A DNA stretch of 63,386 nt from positions 1 to 63,386 of the forward strand of contig PLCF01000047.1 in NCBI GenBank assembly GCA_003135555.1. Direction: 5' to 3'. Position numbers and translations under genes: made by a program. Under the pieces are notes generated by a model. That model was not told where the DNA came from, did no database searches, and was given only the letters and a program-made list of their open reading frames with translations. Each line of letters begins with the position of its first letter. The first letter of the stretch is position 1. Positions 9,839 to 17,377 of the stretch are shown here, in pieces. The DNA is from Vulcanimicrobiota bacterium. Lineage in GTDB: Bacteria; Vulcanimicrobiota; Vulcanimicrobiia; Vulcanimicrobiales; Vulcanimicrobiaceae.

Positions 9839-10231
9839 TCAGCGCTGCCCGGACCGGTTGCGCATCGCCGCCCGCTTGGCGTCGAAGTCGGCGCGCTGCG
9901 CCGGCGTCAACACGCCGCGGATCTTGTCCATGAAGGCGTTGAAGCGGGCCCGGCGCGTCTCGGGATCGGGCGAGGGTTGGCCCTTGTACTGGGCGCGCAT
10001 CTGCGTGCGCAATTTGCGGATCTCCGCCTTCTGCCCGTCGCTCAGCGGCGGGCGCAGACCCGCCAGCATCTTCGCGAAGCGCTGGCGACCGGAGCTGCCG
10101 GTCGTGCCTTGCGCGGCGGCGGCGGGTGTCCAGCCGAGTGCGGTGTTGGTGACCGCGGCGCCGCTCCACAGCAGCGCGGCGGCGGCAAGGGCGGTTAGGG
10201 CGGCGAGAGAGCGTCGAAGGAATGATTGCAT
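9839..10231 (-). CDS. Spy/CpxP-family periplasmic protein
   Basis: Signal peptide; LSDGQK and LTPAQR (LTxxQ-type) motifs; helical and basic. Confidence 0.75.
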   Translation of the reverse strand: MQSFLRRSLAALTALAAAALLWSGAAVTNTALGWTPAAAAQGTTGSSGRQRFAKMLAGLRPPLSDGQKAEIRKLRTQMRAQYKGQPSPDPETRRARFNAFMDKIRGVLTPAQRADFDAKRAAMRNRSGQR

Positions 10232-10468
10232 GGAGGGGCTCCGTGATTGGGGTCGAGGGGCGAAAAAAGGATACCGGCCGGAAAACTCCCCTCCAGTATC
10301 CGGAGGTTCCCTGAGAACCCCTCGGGACGCCGCTACATCAGCGGCCCTCGTCCTCCCTTGCGGCGGGCGCGGGCGGCGGGCGACACCGCCCGGTTACCGG
10401 GGCGTGGCACGCTCGGCGTGATTTCGTCGCTGTGACGCGGTCGTGCCCTGAGCCGAGAGGAACCCTCA

Positions 10469-11032
10469 ATGCCGTCAGACCTGCGCGAGCCCACGGGGCA
10501 GCGGTTCGAACGTCGCGCCGCCGGAAGCGGCGAAGCGCGCCTCCTCGAGGTCGTGCTGGCGCGTACCGCGCCCGACTTCTACATCATCGACCGCCAGCTC
10601 AACGTACACTTGCGGCGCTGGGACGGGAACGTCTCGACCGATGAGCGTCAGCTGCCGCAGGACATCGCCGCGGCCGTGAAACGCGTCTTCGAGACCGAGC
10701 ACGGTGAATCGTCGGTCGCCGCGGTGCGGCGCGACCTCGCGGTGCGCGTGCAGCGCTTGTACGGAGGTCCGGAGCCGCGCTTCGGGCTGTTCATCGAACC
10801 GTACCGGGCGCGCGACTTCGTCCAAGCCGCCGTGAAGCGCTACGACTTGACCTCGCGCGAAGGCGTCGTGCTCGACCTCGTACTGCGCGGCACGCCGACC
10901 AGCGAGATCGCGGCGCGCCTGCACATCGTCGAGACGACGGTGCACCAGCACGTCAAGAACCTGGGCGCCAAAGTCGGCGTCACCAAACGCAACGCCATCG
11001 TCGCCACCGTCCTAGGCCTGCTCGCCGCGTAG
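10469..11032 (+). CDS. LuxR-family HTH regulator with N-terminal PAS-like region
   Basis: LTSRE...VLRGTPTSEIAARLHIVETTVHQHVKNL; GAGGA SD. Confidence 0.9.
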   Translation: MPSDLREPTGQRFERRAAGSGEARLLEVVLARTAPDFYIIDRQLNVHLRRWDGNVSTDERQLPQDIAAAVKRVFETEHGESSVAAVRRDLAVRVQRLYGGPEPRFGLFIEPYRARDFVQAAVKRYDLTSREGVVLDLVLRGTPTSEIAARLHIVETTVHQHVKNLGAKVGVTKRNAIVATVLGLLAA

Positions 11033-11042
11033 ACGCCGGATG

Positions 11043-11114
11043 GTGGCTCACCCTTCGACGGGGCTCACGCGCACGTGACTCCGTCAGGGTGACATTTGAG
11101 GGGCTCGGCGTGAC
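11043..11114 (+). repeat. REP-like element, long variant, plus half-copy
   Basis: Identical to 1400-1451; followed by GGGGCTCGGCGTGAC. Confidence 0.9.
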
Positions 11115-11191
11115 GGTGAAAAGTACCTAGTTCTAGGAATGGTGGCTCACCGACGCCCGATGTAGTATGGGTGAGCGGCATGGAAGTCCCG

Positions 11192-11229
11192 AGCGCACTC
11201 TCCCACGGACGGGAGGGTGCGCTTTAGTC
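11192..11229 (+). terminator. Strong hairpin, probable terminator
   Basis: AGCGCACTCTCCC-ACGGAC-GGGAGGGTGCGCT followed by a short T-rich tract. Confidence 0.55.
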
Positions 11230-11255
11230 ATTGTGGTTGGCGCGGATTGCTGTTT

Positions 11256-11324
11256 TGTCATGCTGAGCGCCGTCGAAGCATGGGCCACGATGGTGGCTCA
11301 CCCTTCGACAGGCTCAGGGTGACA
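11256..11324. repeat. Inverted dimer of REP-like elements
   Basis: Inverted copy TGTCATGCTGAGCGCCGTCGAAGCATGGGCCAC plus direct copy GTGGCTCACCCTTCGACAGGCTCAGGGTGACA. Confidence 0.9.
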
Positions 11325-11507
11325 TTGTGGTTGGCGCGGGTTCCTTAAGCGACCTAAGCTTTTCGCGATACGAGAAAGAATCGCCGCTCGGAGATGCGCC
11401 ATCGCTTGGAGCTTCCCCGGATCTTCGAGCCCGAGATCCGCGAACGAGTTCGAGCCGGTCTCCCAGCCTTCGTCGACGAGCTTCAGGTATTTCTTATTCA
11501 CATTCAT
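11298..11507 (-). pseudogene. Truncated XRE/HigA-type antitoxin fragment
   Basis: GSNSFADLGL...L..MAHLRAAI resembles the SGNVFADLG N-terminus of HTH_37-type antitoxins; no HTH follows and the tail CHPEPVEG is repeat-derived. Confidence 0.6.
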
Positions 11508-11511
11508 GCTT

Positions 11512-13506
11512 TCAGCGTAAGGTGCGGTCGAACCAGGTTACTATTCGGCGGGCGACGTCTTGTTGGTCGGCGGGTTTGTAGAACAGGTGCCCTTCGCCCG
11601 GGTAGATCACCAGCTGGGTCGGCACGCCGAGGTCGCGCAGCGCGTGCCAGTACTCGTAGGATTGCGTCACCGGGACTTCGGCGTCGCGGTCGCCGGCGAC
11701 CATAAGCATCGGCGTCTTGACCTGCTTGATGTAGTTGATCGGCGAACTCTTCGCGTACACGCTGGGATCGTCGTATACGGAGGCGCCGAAGTACGGGATC
11801 ATCCACGTGTCGATCTCGTTGGTGCCGTAGTAACTCACCCAATCCGATAGCCCCGCGCCGCTGACCGCGGACTTGAAGCGGTTGGTCTGGGTGACCGCCC
11901 ACATCGTCATGTAGCCGCCGTAGCTCCAGCCGAAGATCCCCACGCGTTTGGGATCGACCGGGATCGTCTGGTTCACGGCGTCCAATCCCAGCAAGATGTC
12001 GCGCAGGTCGCCGTAGCCGAAATCCTTGACGTTGGCGCGCGCGAACGCCTCGCCTTGACCGTAGCTGCCGCGCGGGTTAGGCTCGAACACGATGTACCCG
12101 CGCGCCGCAAGCGAAGCCTCGAAGGCGAACGGACCGCTCGGATAAAACGCGTAGTGCGCGTACGCCGGGCCGCCGTGCACGTAGGTGATGATCGGATACT
12201 TCACGCCGGGCTTGCGGTCGGGTGGAAAGATCAACCAGCCCTGCACCGGATTGCCTTCGCTCGTCCAGGTCACGCTGCGTGCGAGCCCCGTCAAACGCCG
12301 AACGTGCGCGTTGACGGAGGTGACGTTGTGCATCGCGCCCAGCGAGCCGATCGCGATCTCGGGCGGCGCGGTGATCGACTGCCGGATCGTCGCCGCGATT
12401 TTGCCGTCGCGTGACAGGGAGACGCCAATGTCGCCTGGGGCGAGTCCGGCCAAGCCGTTGGCGTAGATCGTCTCCTGCCCGCTCCAGAGCTGTTTGTGCG
12501 TCAGCGCGTCGGGGTCGAGCGCATCGATCGTCATGCGGTCGCCGGCCAGCTCGGTGGTGAGGAGTTGCTTGGTCGCCGGGTTCCAAGCGATCGTCGTCAC
12601 CGTCGCTTTGAGCTCCGGCGTGATGTTGGTCGCGCCGCCGCCGCTCGCCGGCGCGACGAACACGTCGCCGCCGGTGATCGACTCGTCGCTCATGATCCCG
12701 CCGATGTATGCGATGCGCTTGCCGTCGCCCAACCAGCGCGGCGAAGCGATCTGCAGCTCGGGCTTGTGGATGCTGCGTGCCGCACCGCTCGCCGCGTCGA
12801 GCGTATAGAGCTGCGCGATCCACCAGTTGGCGTCGCCGTTACCGTGCGCCGCGGTGGCGGCGAAGCGCGTGCCGTCGGGCGACCAGTCGAACTCGTAGAC
12901 GTTGAGGTCGCCCGGCCCCAGCAGCCGCAGCGGGCCGCCGCCGGCCGGGATCAGCGCCAGGCGCTGCTCGTAGATCGTGCTGCCGACGACCCCGGCGTCG
13001 GGAGTCAACGGGTTGAGCGGGCTGGGCGTCTTGGGGGCGCCCGGCGAGTAGAGGAAGGCGATCCGCGTCCCGTCGGGTGACCAGCGCGGCGTCGAGAGCG
13101 GACCCTTGGCGCGGGTGAGGACGCGCGCCGGTCCGGCCGCCACGTCGATCACGGCGATCTGGCTTTGCCCTTTCACGTCGGTGGCGACGAAGGCGATGCT
13201 GCGGCCGTCAGGCGACCAGGCGACGTCGCTCTCCTCGCAGCGCCGCGCCGGACACGCAGTGATCGTGCGCGGGCCGGCCGGCCGCGCGACCTCGGCCAGC
13301 CGGATCGAGCTGTGGTCGGCGACGATCTCGACCGTGACGAAGCGGCGGCCGTCGGGGGCGAGCGCGACCTGCGCGAACTGGTGCACGCCATTGAGCGCCG
13401 CGGCGATCTCCGGGAACGGGATCGGGTCGGCCTCCGCGGCGAGCGGCAACACCAGCGCGGCGCACGCGAGCGCGACCGGCGGACCCAAGCGCCAGGTTTT
13501 CTGCAT
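11512..13506 (-). CDS. Secreted S9-family (prolyl oligopeptidase/acylaminoacyl peptidase-like) serine peptidase
   Basis: Signal peptide; WSPDG propeller repeats; HGGP, GWSYGG, GDRDAEV, YPGEGH catalytic motifs; alternative start 13527. Confidence 0.93.
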   Translation of the reverse strand: MQKTWRLGPPVALACAALVLPLAAEADPIPFPEIAAALNGVHQFAQVALAPDGRRFVTVEIVADHSSIRLAEVARPAGPRTITACPARRCEESDVAWSPDGRSIAFVATDVKGQSQIAVIDVAAGPARVLTRAKGPLSTPRWSPDGTRIAFLYSPGAPKTPSPLNPLTPDAGVVGSTIYEQRLALIPAGGGPLRLLGPGDLNVYEFDWSPDGTRFAATAAHGNGDANWWIAQLYTLDAASGAARSIHKPELQIASPRWLGDGKRIAYIGGIMSDESITGGDVFVAPASGGGATNITPELKATVTTIAWNPATKQLLTTELAGDRMTIDALDPDALTHKQLWSGQETIYANGLAGLAPGDIGVSLSRDGKIAATIRQSITAPPEIAIGSLGAMHNVTSVNAHVRRLTGLARSVTWTSEGNPVQGWLIFPPDRKPGVKYPIITYVHGGPAYAHYAFYPSGPFAFEASLAARGYIVFEPNPRGSYGQGEAFARANVKDFGYGDLRDILLGLDAVNQTIPVDPKRVGIFGWSYGGYMTMWAVTQTNRFKSAVSGAGLSDWVSYYGTNEIDTWMIPYFGASVYDDPSVYAKSSPINYIKQVKTPMLMVAGDRDAEVPVTQSYEYWHALRDLGVPTQLVIYPGEGHLFYKPADQQDVARRIVTWFDRTLR

Positions 13507-13560
13507 GTGTCGCGTTACCGCGCGCATGCCGCCCCGGCCTTGCCGTCGTAATCCTCGCGC

Positions 13561-14955
13561 ATGCGCACGCAGGATGGCCTCGGGATCTCGCTGACCCGGC
13601 GGCTTGCCGACTACGTGACCGGTCTGGAGTTCGCCGCGCTGGCGCCGCAGACGGTCGAGCACGCGCAACAGGCCGTGCTCGACCTCGTCGGGTTGGCGCT
13701 GCGGGCGGGCCGCGACAGCGCGACCGCGGCGGCGGTTCAGCAGGCCGTGCGCGCGCTCGATGGCGGCGGCGCCGGCACGGCGATCGGCTACGCCGACGGC
13801 TACAGCCCGCAGTACGCCGCGCTGCTCAACGGCTGCAACTTCCACGCGCTCGACTTCGACGACACGCACGAACGCGCGTCGCTCCATCCCGGCGCGCCGG
13901 TCGTCGCGGCTGCGCTCGCCGTCGCCGAGCAGGAGCACGTCAACGGGCGTGACTTCATCACCGCGATCGTGGCGGGGTACGACGCCGCGGTACGGGTCGG
14001 CCTCGCCGCGCTGCCGGGCGCGCACTACGCACGCGGCTTCCATCCGACCGCGACCGCCGGCGTGTTCGGCGCGACCGCCGCGATCGCGCGGCTGACGCGG
14101 TCGTCGCCCGAGCAGCTCACCAGCGCGTTCGGCATCGCCCTGAGCGAGGCGGCGGGGTCGCTGCAGTTCAGCGTCGACGGCGCGCAGACCAAACCGCTGC
14201 AGGTCGGCTTCGCCGCGCACGACGCGATCCTGGCGCACCGCTTCGCTGCCGCCGGCGTGCGCGGTCCCGACGCCGCGTTCGAAGGGCGCAGCGGGTTTCT
14301 CCACGCGTACTCCGACGGCGCCGACCCGGCCGAGCTGCTCGACCGCTGGGACGGCGTGCACGAGATCGACCGCACCGCGTTCAAACCCTACCCGTGCTGC
14401 CGCTATATGCACGCCGCGATCGACACCATCGTCGAGATCGTCGGCGAGCGCGGGATCGCACCCGCCGCGATCGAGCGCATCCGCGTCGCGCTGCCCGCCG
14501 CGGGGATGCGTTTGTGCGCCTATCCCGAGGAGCAGAAGCGCCGCGTGCAAGGCATCGTCGACGCGCAGTTCAGCATGTACTACGCAGCGGCAGCAGCGGC
14601 GTTATGGGGCGGCGTGCGCTGGGACGACTACGCGCGCCGCGATGCGCCGCAGATCGTGGCGCTGATCGAGCGCATCACCGTCACCGAGGATCCCGAGGTC
14701 GAGGCGCTGTTCCCGCGCATGGCCGCGCGCGTCGAGATCGACGCCGGCGACGTGCACGAGCGGCGGCTGACGCCGAGCCCGCGCGGCGAGCCCGATCGTC
14801 CGCTCGGCTGGGACGAGCTGATCGCGAAGTTCCACGACCTCACCGCGCCGGTGCTGCCCGAACCGCACCGCAACCGCATCGTCTGGGCGATCCGCTACCT
14901 CTCCGAACTCCCCGACCTCGCCACCCTCATGCCGCTGCTGCACACGACGGAATGA
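13561..14955 (+). CDS. MmgE/PrpD family protein
   Basis: HALDFDDTH, LHPG, GFHPT, FKPYPCCRYMH, AQFS motifs. Confidence 0.93.
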   Translation: MRTQDGLGISLTRRLADYVTGLEFAALAPQTVEHAQQAVLDLVGLALRAGRDSATAAAVQQAVRALDGGGAGTAIGYADGYSPQYAALLNGCNFHALDFDDTHERASLHPGAPVVAAALAVAEQEHVNGRDFITAIVAGYDAAVRVGLAALPGAHYARGFHPTATAGVFGATAAIARLTRSSPEQLTSAFGIALSEAAGSLQFSVDGAQTKPLQVGFAAHDAILAHRFAAAGVRGPDAAFEGRSGFLHAYSDGADPAELLDRWDGVHEIDRTAFKPYPCCRYMHAAIDTIVEIVGERGIAPAAIERIRVALPAAGMRLCAYPEEQKRRVQGIVDAQFSMYYAAAAAALWGGVRWDDYARRDAPQIVALIERITVTEDPEVEALFPRMAARVEIDAGDVHERRLTPSPRGEPDRPLGWDELIAKFHDLTAPVLPEPHRNRIVWAIRYLSELPDLATLMPLLHTTE

Positions 14956-14964
14956 GCTACGATC

Positions 14965-15018
14965 GTGGCGCACCCTTCGACGGGGCTCACGCGAAGCGTG
15001 ATGCCGTCAGGGGGCGAC
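14965..15018 (+). repeat. REP-like element, long variant with inner TCACGC-GAA-GCGTGA hairpin
   Basis: GTGGCGCACCCTTCGACGGGGCTCACGCGAAGCGTGATGCCGTCAGGGGGCGAC. Confidence 0.85.
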
Positions 15019-15090
15019 TAGCAGAAACCTCAGCTTCTTGGTAGTCAGCGGAGCCGTAGACCCTCGTCCTCTTTTCGCCTAAATAGGTGC

Positions 15091-15119
15091 TTGACAGAAT
15101 AGTCAGTTTATGGAATAAT
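15091..15119 (+). promoter_or_regulatory. Sigma70-type promoter of the TA operon
   Basis: TTGACA-17 bp-AATAAT with extended TGn, 5-8 nt before GTG starts. Confidence 0.75.
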
Positions 15120-15124
15120 CGGGC

Positions 15125-15484
15125 GTGGTGTGGGAAGTCGAAGGCACGCGGGAATTCGAGGAATGGTACGCGTCGCTCGAAGCGGATGATCAGGACGCAA
15201 TCAATGAGTCGATCGAACGCCTCGAAGAGTCTGGGCCTGTCCTGGGTCGCCCGCACGCCGATCGCGTTCATCAGTCCAGATATCCCAATATGAAAGAACT
15301 ACGGACGCAATCTAAGGGTGAACCGCTCAGGACCTTTTTCGCATTCGATCCGCGCCGCACCGCCATTCTGTTGATCGGCGGGGACAAGGCTGGTGACGAC
15401 CGTTTCTACGAGCGGCTCGTACCGCAGGCCGATCGCCTTTACACCATCTATCTTGAAGAGCTGAAATCCGAGGGCTTGGTCTAG
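15125..15484 (+). CDS. RelE/HigB-like (Gp49/DUF891) toxin
   Basis: GPVLGRPHAD...NMKELR...RTFFAFDPRRTAILLIGGDK; alternative start 15128. Confidence 0.92.
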   Translation: MVWEVEGTREFEEWYASLEADDQDAINESIERLEESGPVLGRPHADRVHQSRYPNMKELRTQSKGEPLRTFFAFDPRRTAILLIGGDKAGDDRFYERLVPQADRLYTIYLEELKSEGLV

Positions 15485-15822
15485 TGCCGAACGCAAAAAA
15501 GTGGAGTGAAATTCGCGCCACTCGGTCGAAGCCCGGCGTCGTCGATCGCGCACATGAGCGGCGGCACAAGCGCGCCGCCCTGCTTGGGGACCTGCGTCGC
15601 GCGCACCAACTCACGCAAGAGACGCTCGCCGAGACCCTCGGGATGTCTCAATCCGAGGTTTCCAAAGTCGAGCGCCGGACAGACCTCTATGTAAGCACGC
15701 TACGCCGTTATATCGAGGCGATGGGCGGGGAATTGCAGATCTTCGCGCGGTTCCCAAACGGAGAAGTTGAGATCATCCAAATCGTGCCTGATGCGATTGA
15801 GCACGAAGCCGCACGCGCTTGA
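15484..15822 (+). CDS. XRE-family HTH antitoxin
   Basis: LTQETLAETLGMSQSEVSKVERRTDLYVSTLRRYIEAMGG; TAGTG overlap with toxin. Confidence 0.92.
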   Translation: MPNAKKWSEIRATRSKPGVVDRAHERRHKRAALLGDLRRAHQLTQETLAETLGMSQSEVSKVERRTDLYVSTLRRYIEAMGGELQIFARFPNGEVEIIQIVPDAIEHEAARA

Positions 15823-17377
15823 GCCACGATCGTGGCTCACCCTTCGACGAGCTCAGGGTGACATTGGAATGAACCACGATCGTGGCGCACCCTTCGACGG
15901 GGCTCGGGGTGACATTATGTTTGTGGTGAGCGGTGAAGGAGCGTAGGGCGGTGCGGAACGGGGCGAGGCGCGGGTCCGGGAGATAGCGCAGTTTCGACTT
16001 GCTCGTCATCTCGTGATCGAGGATCGCCAGACCGCGGGTGCGTTCGCCTAGCGCGAGCAGCGCGAACGCGGTGTCGGCGTCGCGCGGATGCAGCCGCAGC
16101 GCTTCGCGCAGCGCTACTCGCGCGGCATCGCGGCGGCCGGCGCGCGCGTACGCTTCGGCGAGCAGCGCCGGTACGCCGTCGGCGTCCGGGCCCGTGCGGC
16201 GTAGCCGTTCGAAGACGGTGATCGCGCGCGGAACGTCGCCGGTGAGCTCGTAGGCAAGTCCGAGCGTTCGCAGCGCGCCGGCGCGGTGCGGATCCAGATC
16301 GAGCGCGCGGCGCGCGTACACGATCGCGTCGGTGTAGTGTCCGCGGAAGTATGAGGCTTCGGCGAGCCAGCCGCCCGACGCCGCCGATACGGGTTCGAGC
16401 GCGACCGCGGTGCGCAGCTCGCGCGTCGCGTCGGCGAGCCGGCCGCGTTCCAGCAGCGTCGTGCCGTACCAATGGTGCGCAACGGCGTAGTTGGGATCGA
16501 GCTGGATCGCGCGGCGGAACTCCGCTTCGCCCGCCGCCGTATCGTGGCTCGCGTTGTTGAGGAGCATGCCGCGCGACGTGTGCGCGGCGGCCGAGTCCCG
16601 GTCGAGCGCGAGGGCCGCTGCGATCTCTTTGCGCGCGACCGCGAAGAACTGTGCCTGATGCACGTGCACGTGCGGCAACTCGTAGTCGGCGCGCATCAGC
16701 GCGGCGTCGGCGAGCCCGGCGTGCCCGAGCGGGCTGCGCGGGTCGCTCGCAACGACGGCCGCGAAGAGGCTCGCGCTCGTGGCCAGACCGGTGGGCGTGC
16801 GGAGGTTCCAGTAGTAGCGGCCTAGGCGATACAGCTCGGCACCGCGCACGCTCAACGGCGCCGCGTGCGGAACCGCCCGCGCGGCCGGGACGCCGCCGAG
16901 AAAGAGCAACGCAAGCGCGAGCGTGACAAAGAGGAAGCGGTTACCGCGGGCGGCGGCCGGCGGCGTGAACCGATCCATTCGCACCGGTAGCGGCGCGCGC
17001 GCAGGTTCGGCGAGTTGAACGACGCCGGCCGTGAAGCGATAGCCGCGGCGCGGGACCGTCGCGATCGCACCGCCGGCACCGCGCTCGCTCAGCACCTTGC
17101 GCAGCACGTAGACGCTCTGCGCGACGTTGCTCTCGTTCACGTCTTCGCCGGCCCACACGCGGTCGAGGATCTCGGCCTTGGTCACCACCTCGCCGGCGCG
17201 CTCGATCAGCGCCGCCAGCGTCTCGACGACGCGCGGTCCGAGCGCGAGCGGTTCGCCCCCGGCACTGAGGATGTTCGTGCGCGTGTCGAGGACGAACGGC
17301 CCGAATGCGTACCGTTTGAGAACTTCTTGAAGATTTGATCGCCCCGTCTCTGCGACGATCCCCTCGATGCGAGCCAC
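15773..17377 (-). CDS. OmpR/CadC-type winged-helix + TM + TPR regulator
   Basis: YAFGPFVLD...VTKAEILDRVW...IATVPRRGYRF; hydrophobic segment; TPRs (AIQLDPNYAVAHHWYG); start uncertain; C-terminus reads through repeats. Confidence 0.85.
   Translation of the reverse strand: MARIEGIVAETGRSNLQEVLKRYAFGPFVLDTRTNILSAGGEPLALGPRVVETLAALIERAGEVVTKAEILDRVWAGEDVNESNVAQSVYVLRKVLSERGAGGAIATVPRRGYRFTAGVVQLAEPARAPLPVRMDRFTPPAAARGNRFLFVTLALALLFLGGVPAARAVPHAAPLSVRGAELYRLGRYYWNLRTPTGLATSASLFAAVVASDPRSPLGHAGLADAALMRADYELPHVHVHQAQFFAVARKEIAAALALDRDSAAAHTSRGMLLNNASHDTAAGEAEFRRAIQLDPNYAVAHHWYGTTLLERGRLADATRELRTAVALEPVSAASGGWLAEASYFRGHYTDAIVYARRALDLDPHRAGALRTLGLAYELTGDVPRAITVFERLRRTGPDADGVPALLAEAYARAGRRDAARVALREALRLHPRDADTAFALLALGERTRGLAILDHEMTSKSKLRYLPDPRLAPFRTALRSFTAHHKHNVTPSPVEGCATIVVHSNVTLSSSKGEPRSWLKRVRLRAQSHQARFG
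15820..15914 (+). repeat. Two tandem REP-like elements, each preceded by a CCACGATCGTGG palindrome
   Basis: TGAGCCACGATCGTGGCTCACCCTTCGACGAGCTCAGGGTGACA and CCACGATCGTGGCGCACCCTTCGACGGGGCTCGGGGTGACA. Confidence 0.9.

Noticed and set aside
11512..14550. Long N-terminal extensions and many Arg/Ala-rich overlapping ORFs (also 16941-19568, 34356-36281, 57461-59647)
   Set aside because: Shadow frames typical of high-GC DNA, antisense or out of frame to well-supported genes.
15820..15914. Tandem ~33-bp palindromic repeats as a CRISPR array
   Set aside because: Only two adjacent units, no unique spacers of constant length, copies dispersed in both orientations, no cas genes.
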